Source of the DNA: Octopus sinensis
Taxonomy: Eukaryota
DNA length: 64,000 bases
Reading direction: 5' to 3'
NCBI RefSeq assembly: GCF_006345805.1
Contig: NC_043010.1
Coordinates: 60,326,001-60,390,000 of the forward strand
Part shown: positions 10,850 through 24,739 of the stretch, one piece after another
Layout: every line of letters begins with the position of its first letter
Position numbering within the stretch: position 1 is the first letter of the stretch
Notes under the pieces: generated by a model
Database searches by the model: none
Seen by the model: the letters and a program-made list of their open reading frames with translations, nothing else
Told to the model about the DNA's origin: nothing
Translations under genes and position numbers: made by a program

Positions 10850-11240
10850 CATGATGGATATTTGTCCTCATCTTGTTTGTTGTTAACATAATGTTTCAGC
10901 TGATATCGCCTCCAGCCTTCATCCGGAACTAAGGAAGGATAGAAAAATATTAGATTTATAAGCCCTAAAATTCACTCCATAATTGCCCACGGGTATATGA
11001 TGTAGTGGTTAAGAGCGCAGGCTACTAACCCCAAGATTCCAAGTTCGATTGCAAGCAGAGGCCTGAATAATAACAATAATAACAATAACATTGAAAAATA
11101 CCTTAGGAATGAGAACCCAGGTTTGAAATTTCCCCAAGACACCTGATGAAGGCTGGAGGGTATAGCAGCCGAAACGTTGTGTTATCTGAAACATGTTAAA
11201 TGTAAATAATGTAAATAAAGCATAGTCCTCTCTCTTGCAT
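10850..11240 (+). mobile_element. tRNA-headed SINE-like element with hammerhead-bearing 3' part, preceded by an inverted partial copy of that 3' part
   Basis: A-box-like TAGTGGTTAAG (11003-11013), B-box-like GTTCGATT (11043-11050), AAT/AAC-rich spacer, hammerhead motif at 11138-11183; reverse-complement copy at ~10850-10930. Confidence 0.75.
11138..11183 (+). ncRNA. Minimal type I hammerhead ribozyme motif
   Basis: GACAC-CUGAUGA-A-GGCUG(GAGGGUAUAG)CAGCC-GAAA-C-GUU-GUGUU: stem I GACAC/GUGUU, stem II GGCUG/CAGCC, palindromic ACGU minimal stem III, GUU cleavage triplet. Confidence 0.75.
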
Positions 11241-11269
11241 GCCACATTTGATTCAACTCTTGCACTTTG

Positions 11270-11990
11270 TCATACATGCACACTGATGTTGCACATCAGC
11301 TTCATTCCTCACTAGTCATCTACATTTGCCTCTCCCTACCATGGAGCATATAGGGGTAATAGCTCTCTGAACTTCCTCCATCTTATTCTAACTCTAGGAA
11401 CAATACATTCAGAACATCTTCCATTATGGCTAATTTTATCTCCTAGATAATGGAGACTATTTACAATCTTAAGGGAGCCTCCTGAGTTTTTGAGAGAGCC
11501 TAATTCCTGTATGTCCTTAATACTTATTGTTTCTGCACATCTGCCACATACAGAGGCAACTTTGTCTCTTAACCTACCTGTGATTCCAATGCACTGCTTA
11601 TGTGTCTATAGCTTGTACTAGATGCAATGAATGGAATTTCTTCCAACACCTTTCCCACATACTGAACAGGGCCATCTACCTGAAAGAAGGAGAATCTTAT
11701 TTGCTTTCTGCAATTTCACTACAGATTCTACTATAAAAGTGAGGTCATCAGCATATAGTTGTTTCCATGGGCAACCAACTTAAATTTCTCCGTTATGGCC
11801 TGGATGACTATGTTGAATAAGAGGAAACTGAGAATACAGCCCTGTACTTGTACCCTGAATTCATCATCTGTGCTCATGGATTTTGTTGCTGTAGTAATCA
11901 AGATGTAATTTACAATGTCCAGCCACACTAATAAGTGAAATCTGTCCTCCCACCAGATATGTAAAATATTCTAGTTGATAAAGTGAGGCA
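11270..11990 (-). mobile_element. Degenerate RTE LINE reverse-transcriptase fragment
   Basis: Minus peptide RVQVQGCILSFLLFNIVIQAITEKF resembles the RT motif GVxQGSxLSPLLFxxVxxAIT; duplicate at ~25420-25870. Confidence 0.7.
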
Positions 11991-13926
11991 GATAAACTTC
12001 TTTCTCTGTTGATTATTCCTTACCACAACCCACCTTTCCTAGAAAGCACTACAATTTTTCCAGTGCTTATCAACAGACAATCTTTTGTATTGTTTTTATC
12101 ATGCAAAATATTTTACCATTTTTATTTTGGAAACCACCATTTTCTCCTCAACAACTTTTTTTCATTAATTTCATTAAATTTGTTTGAAAAGTAATATGCC
12201 TTGTCACCTATTTATTTCAGATGTGTTCCTCAATTGCTTTCTTCCATTTGATCATAAGTCTAATCAACTGACTGTCATCTCTATAACTGGTCTTTCCCTG
12301 TTAACCAATTCTCATCCTAATTTATACATTGCTCTTTCACAAACCATTTTCCTCTAATGAACATAATAACAGATTATATTAAAATCATTTGCCTTAAGTT
12401 CTTTTCATATATAAAATAATAATTCATATTTATGAAAATATAAAGTATGACCAGGATACAGTCAAGTATTTTGCTCTTACAGAAACTCAGATAAATTTTG
12501 AGAATTTAGAAATTAAACTTTCTTTTTAAACAAAAGGTAACTTATTGGTATTTTAGCTAAGATCAAAGGATACTTATCAATTTCAAAATCTTTAATCACA
12601 GTACATACATGTGTAGGCATGTGTAGGTGTCACTATAAACACAGAGTGTAAGGTGGAAGTTTTCACTGTGATTAGTCTTGGGGATGGGAATACATTTTCT
12701 TGGGCTTCAATGACTATCTATATCTATCTGCATACAGATATATATGAATGTGTGTGTGTGTTTGTTTGTAACTACACATGGTCCATCAGTGATTTCTTCT
12801 TCTCCTCTTTCTTTGGACTTTTCCCTTTCTCATTTCTGATGGAGAGCAACACCTTTCTAAAATAAAAGACAATCACATGAAATAATGTGGTGCTGTAGTA
12901 TATTTTAAAAGCTGAATGCAATGTCTTTTATCTTTTGTCAATGATAATTGACTTGAGAGTAAAAAGCAACAACAAAACAATTAACAAGAAAAATATGACC
13001 ACTGCTACAGTTAACAATATCCACCATTATCATCACTACCAATACCAAGATCAATACAACCAATATCATCACCACTATCAAACAATGGCAGTAATTTTAT
13101 TCAGCTGAATACATGTCATTGATTGGTTGAAATTACTGAAATACGAGAAATTCAACACAAAATAACTTTGTAAACATAAACTTTTCTGAAAAAAAGAGAA
13201 GAGTAAAAGTTGTTTTATATGACACATTCTACCAGTATACGAAGTTTGAAAGTTTTCAGTTACAAAAAATTACTTTTTAAATCTGTAGGTCAAAAGGTAA
13301 AGGTCTAGAAACCTCATTAAGTCAGAATGTTCAATTAAAATACTTTATGTCCATATCAAATTTCTAGACTTCAGCTCATATTATATACCAGGACACATCG
13401 TATTGCATCGTGCTATCTTCAATTAAACATTAACGTGTTACATCTGAATCACTGGGTCTATAAATTTTAACAAGTCATTTTTCTTATCAAATTTAATCAA
13501 CCTTGAAGTACAGCACAAAATCACTGAAATATAACTTTCATCATAGCAGTATATAAGTTCAATATAATGTAGGTTATTACCATATTCTGAGGAATGCCAC
13601 CCTTCATGAATATGTGTTTATTTCAGAACTACTTTTTAGAATTCATGACAATGCTTCCCACACAAAACTTATCTAGTTGATCAGCTCTTCAATTAAAAAA
13701 ATCACAGAGTTCAGTTACCTTAATTATCTAAATTTATTCATTATCAAAATTTAAATAGGCAAAATTATGTATTTCTATGTATTATCTATTAAAATTTCCT
13801 ACTTGTTTGAGCAATATTTCTTCAATTGGTTCTTTAATATAATTTAAAATGTACTTAATAAAAATGTAATACTGTGTAATCTAATATCTTAAATATATGA
13901 CTGAGTCCTTGTTCTTTCATTGACAG

Positions 13927-14074
13927 ATCTATAATAAACAGGTTTCAGATGGGTCTTATGAGCAAGGTGACAACAGTAGCACTTTGACATCAAACAACCT
14001 AAGTGATACATTGCCATCTCAAAGAGATCACAACTGTGGTTGGAATGAAGGAGATATTAAGCATCAACCAGCAG
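13927..14074 (+). CDS. P2 cytoplasmic exon 2 (IYNKQVSDGSYEQGDNSSTLTSNNLSDTLPSQRDHNCGWNEGDIKHQPA-G)
   Basis: ttctttcattgacag| acceptor, GCAG|GTAACT donor, 148 nt, open. Confidence 0.9.
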
Positions 14075-14408
14075 GTAACTTGTCAAATATCAACAAACAT
14101 TGGATACTGACTTTGTCTATGTGCATGTGTGCAGTTGTATCATATTCATAACATTGAATAATTTTATTGCAATATACAAAGTTTATAGGAAGTACTTGAA
14201 AAGTAAACTAAATAAAAGAAAGTGCTGTAACATAAGCAGATACAAGATACAAAATTTTGAAAATAGATAAGCTAATTTAATATCAATACAGGACTATTTT
14301 AGAACCAAGTATTTGATTACATTTTTCTTTCATTTTTTTTCTTCTCATTGACACAAAATTCTATTCTCAGATATTATTTATACTATTTTGTATTTTTCTC
14401 TCTTTCAG

Positions 14409-14497
14409 AATATAGTAATTATACACCAAACATACCTCCAATGCCAAAGAGTGGACAAGAACAAGACACTTATCTTGAACCAATATATAAGAAATAA
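14409..14497 (+). CDS. P2 terminal exon 3 (EYSNYTPNIPPMPKSGQEQDTYLEPIYKK*)
   Basis: ctctctttcag| acceptor, 89 nt, TAA. Confidence 0.9.
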
Positions 14498-15774
14498 TAA
14501 TCACAGGACTAACATGACTCAAATTCTTAGTACTAGGGATAACTAAATTTCTCTCACAATTTGACTCCAGAAACGGAATATAATTAAGACACTCTTCTAA
14601 AATAAAATTGATCTAACCAGCAGATACATAGCAAGAACTAATTAATCCAAGTTTATATATAAAAAAATATGTAAATATGTAAATATGTAAATTAGAAATG
14701 TTGACACATAATTGATAAATTTTGATCATGCACTTGGTCAAAATCTTCAAAGATAACTTTATAACATTAAATCCTCATTAGTTGTTTATTAATAACAGAT
14801 ATTTTAGCAATATACTCTGCAATTAAAAAATATAGAAACAAAACTACTTGAAAACATACACTTTGACAATTTACCATTTCTGGCACTAACTCTACTATTT
14901 TGAACATTCAGATCAATATTTTAAAATTATTAAAATGATAGTTTCCAGCAATGTTATTTTTCATGTAATCTAGATAGGTATTTCATAGAGGACTAATCCA
15001 CTGTAGTATGTATAATGAAATTGTTACTGGACTTAGAAATTAATATTTTACATTCTGCAGTACATAGTGCATAAATACGTATATCAGTGTTATAAGCATC
15101 TGCATACAAGAGATAATCCATTAGTTATGTGCATGTGTGTGTGCGTGTGTGCATACAAACACACAGATAAAATGAGAGATTTATTGCATCAAAAAATTTA
15201 TAAATAGTTTACAGAAATATGCATATAAAATATAATTAAGTCAAACACAAGAAGTTAGTTAATAGTACTCCTCTATAAATTAGTTGCTTTCCAGAGATTT
15301 CATAAGCAAAAGTACAACTGAGAAGAAAGAAAATAACTCAATGTAGTCTTTTACTCCCATATCAAGGATTCAGTAACAAACAGATGTAGTAATAGTCATT
15401 ATGCATACATAGATATGTACTAAACTGATGTTAACAAATAACTATGGAATATATCAATTTAAGATATAATTGTGTTGCTATCCATTCCTTCTAACAGTGG
15501 AATATGTAGCAACACAATTAGGATGTTGGATTTTAGGAATTCAGTCTGCTGAACTCTAAGCTGATCCATATCTATTGTATGCCTTTTGACATATACTTAC
15601 GTGCATAAGTGTGTGTGTGTGTATGTGTGTGTGTATACATGCACAGACATTAATGCAGTTTGAAATAAACTGAAAATACTTTAGCAAAATTCATTATTAA
15701 ATATTTTAATCATTATGTAAAATAATCTAAGTGAATCCAATATGCTCAGATGAAAAAATGTCTTTAGAGTATAG

Positions 15775-15906
15775 TTGGCTCTCTGTATGACTCACAAATC
15801 TACACCATCAACATACTGCCCTTGTCAAACTACTACAGCAGCAGTTACACTGAAACACTATGCAATAATGTCTTCTATTGGAAGCACAACGGATTAAACA
15901 ATGTAG
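15775..15906 (+). other. Exon-like cassette X2
   Basis: tag| ... GTAG|GTAAGT; 132 nt; open in phase 1 (VGSLYDSQIYTINILPLSNYYSSSYTETLCNNVFYWKHNGLNNVG). Confidence 0.6.
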
Positions 15907-16779
15907 GTAAGTCATATTACATTGCAATTTCTCATTTGATATTTTGTTCATATTTTAGGATATTGAAGCATGAGAAATGGATACTAATATATTTAATAAT
16001 GATAATATATTCAAGCAAGGAAATAGGAAGCCATGGAATTATGTAGCCATTACCAAAATCTATTGCTATTGAAGTAGGATAGTTACTATGTGAAAGTAGA
16101 TATATTTAACAGCAATCATTATGTAAATACTAGACTGTCAGTTAACTGTATTTTACTTCATATTTTTCATACATATTACTATATTTCATTAAAATTATTA
16201 ATTCAAATATTTCTATAAATCAGTTTAAATAGGCAATATTTATTAACCTTTGAAAATGTCTTATTTCTTTCTATTTAAATAGAATATTGAATCAAATGCA
16301 TAACAAAATATGCATGGACTGCTAGTCTCAAAGAATATAATTTCATTTTAGAATTTAGTTTCTCTGTCAACAAATTCAGAGTCTGTGTTTTGATTCCTTA
16401 TTGCAAGTTTTTATTAATTTTACAAATAACCTCAAGGAAGACATTCATGTTTAAAACTAAAAATATTATTCAGTTATTTCTTTTATTCTTAATTACAAAA
16501 TACATATTTTCTAAACTTATTTTGATATCTTTAAAATTTATTCTTATCAAGAAAACAGAATCAATTATATAAACATCTGTATCACTGTAAATATATATAA
16601 TTAAAATAACTATGTATATAAATGAAAATATATGTTCATACACTCGGTGAATCATTGCACTTCATTGTACAAAGACAAGCATCACTAACGAAGTAAAAAT
16701 CGTCATTTGCAGTAAATGCAAGTTATTTTTTATCCCATTTTTAATAAATAATGATGATAAGCAAATATAACTAACAATT

Positions 16780-16782
<3 letters not shown>

Positions 16783-16810
<28 letters not shown>
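16783..16810. repeat. (TA)n microsatellite (shorter copy at ~30967-30988)
   Basis: Direct inspection. Confidence 0.95.
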
Positions 16811-16814
<4 letters not shown>

Positions 16815-18299
16815 GTATAAATGACCTCAAAATTATCCCTAATTACAAATTATTTCTATTCTATTATTGCTACTTTATCAAGATTGGAAGAGTTTGATCA
16901 GGAAACATGAGGCTACCTATTGTTAAACATCTGAACACCATTTTTCTTGTTTGTGTAAATAATTCTACTAATATTAGAATCTTCTGAGTAATGTTTTCAA
17001 CTCACATAGAAAAACAATCACAATCATAACTAAAACAACATAAACACACACTACAAATTTTCAGTCAAATATAAGTAAAAGAAATAAGATTATTTTTCCA
17101 GCTATTTATGACAGCCATCAAGGTCTATGCCATTTCTGGTAGTAAACTCAACTCTTCCACAAAATGAAAAATTTACTTGTTATGTAGATTTTACTTTTGT
17201 ACATGCTTCATATTGCCAACAACTGTACAAAAATTCAAACATACTCTGAAATCCACTTTTATTTCAAATAGTCTACATAACATAGTATGATATCACAACA
17301 GACGGCAGTTTAGTATGTATGGGCATCTAAATCTGCAGTCTTCATTTAGTTGATTGACTACACTTTTGTTGAGTGTCTTCTCAAGCAAAGCTGATCAGAA
17401 CTAGTCGAAAATAACAATCATAAAACTAGAGACATAGATTTATATTTCATATGATCTCAAAAGTACATATTAAATGGAAAATTAATTTATCATTTAACAC
17501 CAGAATTTTAATAAGGATTAAAATTGTCATTCCTCATCATTTTTGTAATTTACATCTATTTTTCCATGTGGGCATGGATTGAAGAAATCTCATTATTCAT
17601 CTCACACTTGTAATCTATCACACACAGTAACAAAAAAAAATTTCCAGTTTTATGTATGTCTTACGGTGTGAACCGGATGTGTTGACTGTATCACCAGAAC
17701 TAGAATGGTTAGCCAATGTTAAAGGCTAAAATTCTCCTCTATTTTGAATCAGATTTTATTTGGAATTACTGTCCTCCTGGAAGGCAAATCTTTGTCAACA
17801 GAAATCAGTCAGTTGCCAATATAATACTACTTAAACAATCAGATTATAAGTGAATAATGCAAGGCCACATCGATTAGAAGTCAGTGAAATATTTCAATAA
17901 AATGTGCAATTGGAGATATATATTTCTTCCATGCATCGACAGACTAACAAGATAAAACATAACAAGATTGAAAGGGGGAACAACTCTGTTATCTTAAAAG
18001 CTTTAGTGAAAATATATTAACTGTCATTATAAAGTAATATTTAATTTTTTTTTTCTGATTAACTTAAACCACAAAGACTGCGAAATTTATTTTAAAAAGA
18101 TTAATAGCCAACCCAACAGGGTATCTTCTCACGGGGTGAGTGGTTCAAAGTTGTTTTTCTTCATGATTTCTGTCAAATGAACAATATAATAAAAGGGAAA
18201 TAAAGTAAGTTGATGATTAATATAAGACAATGAAAAAAACATTTTGCATAGCTTTAATCTGAATACAGACACAGGTGACATTCTTAGGGAAAAAAAACG

Positions 18300-20290
18300 A
18301 AAACTGAGCACTAAGTTGGAATCAATTGAAGTTGTTTCAGGTTTCCTCTTCATACAATTTCCTCTGCCTTGAAATTTAGAATTTAAGAAGTGTATAGCAA
18401 CCAATCCTGAAGTAAGGTGTTCTGGAAATATGTGTGTTCAAAGCAGAGACCTCACTCTCCAGTTGGTCCTCTTCGCAATCTCCAAACAAGCCAGATTACT
18501 GACGATCCCAAAGAATGCACAGAACTCATTGCTGATTGCTATGCAGGCATTTGTATTGTCGAAAACCAAAACGTACCATCTCCACCACCTCTGATATAAA
18601 ATTCCATAACAATTATGGAATTTGCACCTGCAATACTGCAACGTCACCTTAAGAATAAGCGCAACTATGCCTCTCCTGGTCTTCATGGTGTTATCTACCT
18701 GCTTCTCAAACGTAGTGGGTACTTTCTTCTGCACCAGCTTTCACTCTTCTTTCAGTTATGTCTTAACAATGGTGCTACTCCTGAGCAGTATCATTCCTCT
18801 GTTCAAAAAGGGTGACAGAACGTCACCTGTCAACTATCATCCTGTCAGTCTTGCTAACTGCATTGCCAAACTGATGGAATCCTATGTCAGAGAAGCACTC
18901 TGGAACTTCTGGAATTCTCACAGCCTTATCCAGCCCTCGCAATTTGGATTTATCCCTAACTCCAGCTGCTGTGATCAATTTATCATTTTTTTTAAAGATA
19001 TCACCCAGATCCCTAATGGTGGCACGTGGGAGGATGTTGTTTACCATGACATTCCTAAAGCTTTTAATTCTGTGCCACAAAAAAGACTTATGGCAAAACT
19101 CTCTGCAATTGGTGTGAAAGATGATCTTTTTAACTGGTTGGGCTCCTTCATCCTCAGCTGAAAAGAGGTAGTCACAGTTCTAGGGCAGCATTCTTCCCCC
19201 TATAACGTGACATCTAGTGTACTGCAAGGTTCTGTTCTTGGTCCCGTTTTGTTTGTTACATACATTAATGACATATTAAAGGCAACTTAAAGAATGCCAC
19301 CATGCTGAAATATGCAGATGACATCAGGCTGTACCTTGAGATAAAAAGTACAGGTCCTGGGCACTATAGATCTTTCATGCAATCAGACCTGACACAACGC
19401 AACAATGGATCATGGACTAGCAACTCAAACTGGCTGTGGAAAAGTGTTCCACCATGCATTTTTGGAGGAAAAACCCAACGTCCACATACTTTCTCTACAA
19501 CACTAATATCAAGAAGTCTTCTTGTGAATGTGATCTGGGCATTAGTCAGCAGCAATTTGCACTGGGCGAAGCACATCTCTAAAATTGACAAGAAGGCTGA
19601 GGGTGTCTTGGCATCACTCAGCAAGACGTTTGTCAGCTGCTCTCCAGCTATCTATTTAAGACTGTATATGGCTATGGTGTGGCCACACTTGGAATTTGCA
19701 TCACTAGTCTGGAACCCCTATCTTCGTCAGAACATTGACCTCCTGGAAAATGTTCAGAGATGTGCTACCAAGCAATTGCCTTCCATCAGACATTGACCAT
19801 ACTCTGAATTCCTTGCTTCCCTGGGCATAGATACATTGAAGCTCCGATGTCTGGTAACTGACTGAGCAAACTCCCACAAAATTAATACCCATCATGCCAA
19901 CAACCACCTTAAGCACCTTTTTGAGCTCTATATATCTAACACAAATTGGTGTGTCTACAAAGTCAGAAAACAGCACAGCTCCCATGACTTTTGGAAACAT
20001 TTTTTCAAACTCAGAGTTTCTGAAGCATGGAACAAATTACCTGCATCAACTGTTAGCTGCCAAGACATTGCATCCTTTAAGAACTCCATACTTCCTGAAC
20101 CTTGCCAATGCTACACCTGATATCCCCACCACTCCATACGTATGCACAAATGTACATCATGACTCTTACACTGTTCACTTCTCTGATTTTTGTATATAAT
20201 TCTATGTACTGTACATACACCTTTGATGAGTTGTAATTCACCTGAACACTATACACAATAATTTCATTATCATTATTATTACTATTAATA
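18300..20290 (+). mobile_element. Degenerate CR1/L2-group LINE (RT domain and 3' end)
   Basis: Fragmented frames give KGDRTSPVNYHPVSL, QFGF, YHDIPKAFNSVP, QGSVLGP, KYADD and HLEFASLVWNPY...LLENVQR; ATT-rich tail near 20265-20298. Confidence 0.9.
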
Positions 20291-21392
20291 TTATTAGTTA
20301 TATTGTTAAGAGACTTGACAGAACATTCAAGAGACCAAGTGACTACATAGATTATTTCACTTTGAATATCAACACAAAATATTTAAGTGAGAAAAAGTTA
20401 TCAAACTTTGTGCATATCCAGGTCTTAAAACTTTTTTCAATATTTACTCTGCATCATAGCTTTTAATACTGTATGACTTTATGTTTCCACCTCAAAGTTG
20501 CCCCATTAGCCTGCTGCTGCCAACTTTAATGCTGGGGAGATGAAGATTACTTATTTCTTCCATGCTTCATTTGAATGAAATATGAACATTCCACTAACAT
20601 ACACATATATAACCTGCATATGTATGTTTTATTGGATGGCTAATGACTTATCTAAGTTTACCTGCTCTTTGATAAGTTTTGTTATTCATCCTGCAGCTTA
20701 TCCAAAATCACCCTTCACACCATGCAAGTTTGGTGGAATTAACAGCTCTGTAGCCAACAACCTAATTATGAAACAAGTTGGACTGGGTTAGATATTGCCA
20801 GATGCACCCACAAGTGACCTAACATCAAATTCCATTTAACAGCTAAGTATGATAAATAGATGCAATGATAGTGTTTGAAAAATAATGTGTTTCTTTTACA
20901 TTATTTACAATCTGTAATTCAGTAATTTCAATCTTAGGAATAAGTTCATAATGAGAAAACTTTCATAAAAACTTCATAAAAGCAAATAGCACAGTTTATG
21001 TGTTAAAATCTCTTATTATGTCTAATTTTGGATATAGAGGCAATGCATTCTCAGTCTAATCACTTCATATATGTGAAGAGATAATTTTATTTACTATGAT
21101 TTAAATTTTTTTTATAATTAGGGAATATACTTCTATGTTGTACCAAGTATGGATTTTGCTTCATTCAGAAAACTGGCCACATGCACATATGAGACTATCA
21201 AAATTTTACTTCATTATTTCATAATGTTACAAACATTTCTAAATATTATTGATTATATTACATGATAAATGTTGTACACTTGATTTTAGTATACATATTT
21301 TCTCCATATTAATATTTGTGTATAATGACTGTTTGATTCAAGCAATGCCTTTTATATTCTTTTTAGATTTTGAGGTATATCCATGAATAATA

Positions 21393-23807
21393 ATGAATTA
21401 CAATAATGAGATGACAAGCAATACTTTGCAGTTTTACCTTTTCTATGGACTAATGTATTCTGTCATGTCGATAGACTACATTTACCATGTCAATGAAGAA
21501 GACAGTCCACACACATACATTGGAGATATTGCAGCTAACTCTAACCTATCAAATCCTCTTACACATCAACGGCTCACACTCATTACATTTACACAACTAC
21601 AGAGAACAGTATCAAGTGGTTCTCACTTATTTAATGTCACAAGCTTAGGAAAACTATACACTACTCAAACATTGGATGCTGAAAAACTTTGTGTTTACAA
21701 GAAAGAATGCTCTAGAACTGTTAAAGTAGCAGTAAGGAAAGAGGAAACATTTCTAAAGATATTAAACATTAAAATAATTATAGAAGATATTAATGATCAT
21801 CAACCAGAGTTCCCATCAAACAAAATAAAAATCAAATTCTATGAAACAGATGTGAAAGGATCAACAAAATCAATACCAAATGCTGTTGATAAAGACATTA
21901 GTCTTCCAAATTCTAAGATAATATATAAACTCAAAGATAAAAGCAAAAAATTCTCGCTCTCCATATTTAAAGAATCTGATGGAATAAATTTACTTAAAAT
22001 AATTCTAGAAGGAATGTTAGATAGAGAATTAAAAGACACATATATGTTACAGTTGATTGCAAGAGATGGGGGTTCTCCACCAAAAGAAGGTATTCTGAAC
22101 ATTGAAATATCTGTTATTGATGTCAATGATAACAGACCTACGTTTACACAAAAATTATATAATACCACCATCAGTGACACACATCATATATCTTCTCCTG
22201 TTTTTGTTTTATTGGCAACAGATTTAGATTCTGGTCAAAATGGAAATATTAATTATTTTTTACATAGAAATACAAATGAATATGATAAAAAGTATTTCAA
22301 ATTAAATCATAAATCTGGAGAAATCTTCATCAATGATAATTTCTTTAGAAATAAGGAAAGTAAATACCAGTTATACGTTGAAGCTAGGGATGGTGGAAAT
22401 CCTTCATTAAGCTCCATGTCAACGTTGATTATAAATGTAATTAACAATCAAAATAATGCTCCAGCAATAAATATAGATTTTATATCACCTTTAACAAAGA
22501 CTTCTACAGGTATTTCAGAAGCAAGTAAAATTGGGAGTTTTATAGCTTATGTTATGGTCATTGACACTGATAATGGGCCTAATGGACAAATTAAATGTAA
22601 TATTCACCATAAAATGTTCCAGCTTTCTAATATGGGTTCTAAAGAATATAAAATATTGGTGAAAGAACCTCTTGACAGAGAAACTATAGACCATTATGTT
22701 GTTTCTATTGTATGTCATGACATGGGATCACCTCCATTAAAGACTAAGAAACAGTTCTCTGTCAAAGTAACTGATGTCAATGATGTAGAACCACATTTTA
22801 CCAAAGAGACATTCCAATTCCTCACCTATGAAAACCAGAAAGTTAACTTCCCTATTGGCTTCATCAATGCTACAGACCCTGATCTTGGAGATGGAGGCCA
22901 ACTTACATATTCTATCATCAATGATAACAACAATGATAACATTCCTTTCCAACTGACAAAATATGGATTTATTTCTACATCACAACCAATAGATCGAGAA
23001 GTGAAAGACATCTATAATTTACAAGTTTTAGTCAAAGATAATGGAACACCTTCTCTGAACAACACTGCTAACATTCTTATTGAGATTCTAGATAAAAATG
23101 ATAATGCACCTTATTTCATCTTTCCTAACAATGACCCTTACAATCTAGATGTCCACTACCATCCACACAGTAAGAAGGACATCACAATTCTGAAAGCATC
23201 TGACAAAGACACTGGAAACAATGCTTTCCTCACATATGGAATACTGAGATCCAATGATAAAAACCTGTTTACAGTGAACTCACACACTGGTGTGTTATCT
23301 TTCTCTCGCACAGTTTACCAAAATGATGCAGGAACATATGAGCTGCAGTTTATAGTGAAAGACGGTGGTACTCCAGTTCAATCAGCAACAACTGCTATCA
23401 TACTAACACTGTTTGTTAGTAATGATACATCTCCAATGTTGACTGCTGTCCACTCACAGTCTGATAACAACCTGAATATGACTTGGATAATTATCATTGT
23501 AGCAGCAGCTGTAATACTATCTGTGGCTATTGTAGTGTCAATAACAATGTGTGTTTTCAAATGTATTAATCACTTCAATAATTCATCTGCAGAAAAAGAT
23601 AATCCAAAATTTCTCTCTCAGACTGAAATGAGACAAATTCTGTATCAGACAAACAATCCTGTTGCAATAACTCGGAATGCAGAAGAGATATTTAGCAGAA
23701 ATCTTCAGTCAATAAACCCTAAATGTTCATACTATCCAGAAATAGACCAGTTGACCAATGAATGGAACTACTCAACAACACCCAGAAAACTTCCACCAGT
23801 TCCACAG
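21393..23807 (+). CDS. Protocadherin P3, large exon (P4-like 5' end, P2-like 3' end)
   Basis: ORF 21393..23864 (ATG at 21411 also in frame); acceptor ends at 21366; donor CAG|GTACCT at 23807 (805 codons). Confidence 0.97.
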
Positions 23808-24260
23808 GTACCTATGCCATATATCTATTTTTCAAGTGTTATATTTTTTGATTTTCTTCTTTAATCTATACTTTTCAATGTTGTATAGGTCATCAAATTC
23901 TAATTCATATAGACACAAGAGATTGTGAAACAGTGTTCACTGCTAGTATAGATTGGATGGTTTGACAGGAGCTGCTAAGTCACAGCACTGTGCCAAGCTC
24001 CACTGTCTACTTTGGCCTGCTTTTTACAGCTGGACACCCTTCCTAACACCAACCACCTTCCTGAGTAAACTGCATACTTTTTGTGAGGTACCAGTGCTAG
24101 AAAGGTCACCAAGAAACTTGCAAGGCAAAGCTCACTTGAGTGGTATGGAGTGTTGAAGGAGGTGGCTTTGTGCTGGGTGATGAGAGGAAAGAGACTGACC
24201 GAAGGGGAAAAAGGTGTTCTGTTGTGGAGGAGATATATGGTTATTGTAGTTGTGGTGGGG

Positions 24261-24320
24261 AGAGAAAGAGATAAATAGATAGATAGATAGAGAGTGAGAG
24301 AGAGAGCAAGAGCAAGAGAG
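24261..24320. repeat. (GATA)n/(GA)n simple repeat
   Basis: Direct inspection. Confidence 0.85.
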
Positions 24321-24739
24321 TCAACAAAAGTCAGAGGTGGTGAGAGAGATGGTGACTATGTGCCAAGGCATACTCTCAAGTTAAAAAGATATGTATATAA
24401 ATGGAATGGTAAAGGATTTCTTAGGATACATGAGTAAAAAGTTCTTATAAGTGCAAAAAGGGGAGAGAAAAGGAAAAGTGGGGAGGGGTGGATGCAGTGA
24501 ATGGTGAAACATTGGTATATGGGGGAGGAGGCAACAGGCTAGCAATGATACATTTGGCAGTGGAGAGGACATGATTGGGCTACAGGAGTGAGAAGATAAA
24601 GGTAAGTATAGTGCATGGTGGGGAGCAGAAGAAGAGATGTAATTTGATTTGATTTGCTAGGGTACAATGTGTGAATGAATGTTACATGTTGGTAGAATAC
24701 ACAGCACTTCCAGGAAACAGTTTCACTGAGGTGGGCCGG

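Larger units (their letters stand above)
10431..21900. repeat. Tandem segmental duplication, unit A (boundaries approximate, extend into coding exons)
   Basis: Colinear and near-identical to 23808-36080, including introns, LINEs, SINEs and microsatellites; offset 13.4-14.2 kb because of internal indels. Confidence 0.93.

Noticed and set aside
10997-11065. Possible tRNA gene
   Set aside because: No convincing acceptor stem or full cloverleaf and no T-run terminator; it continues into a repeat, so it is treated as a SINE head.
18417-20199. RT-like ORFs as an active retroelement or domesticated gene
   Set aside because: Multiple stops and frameshifts in both copies.
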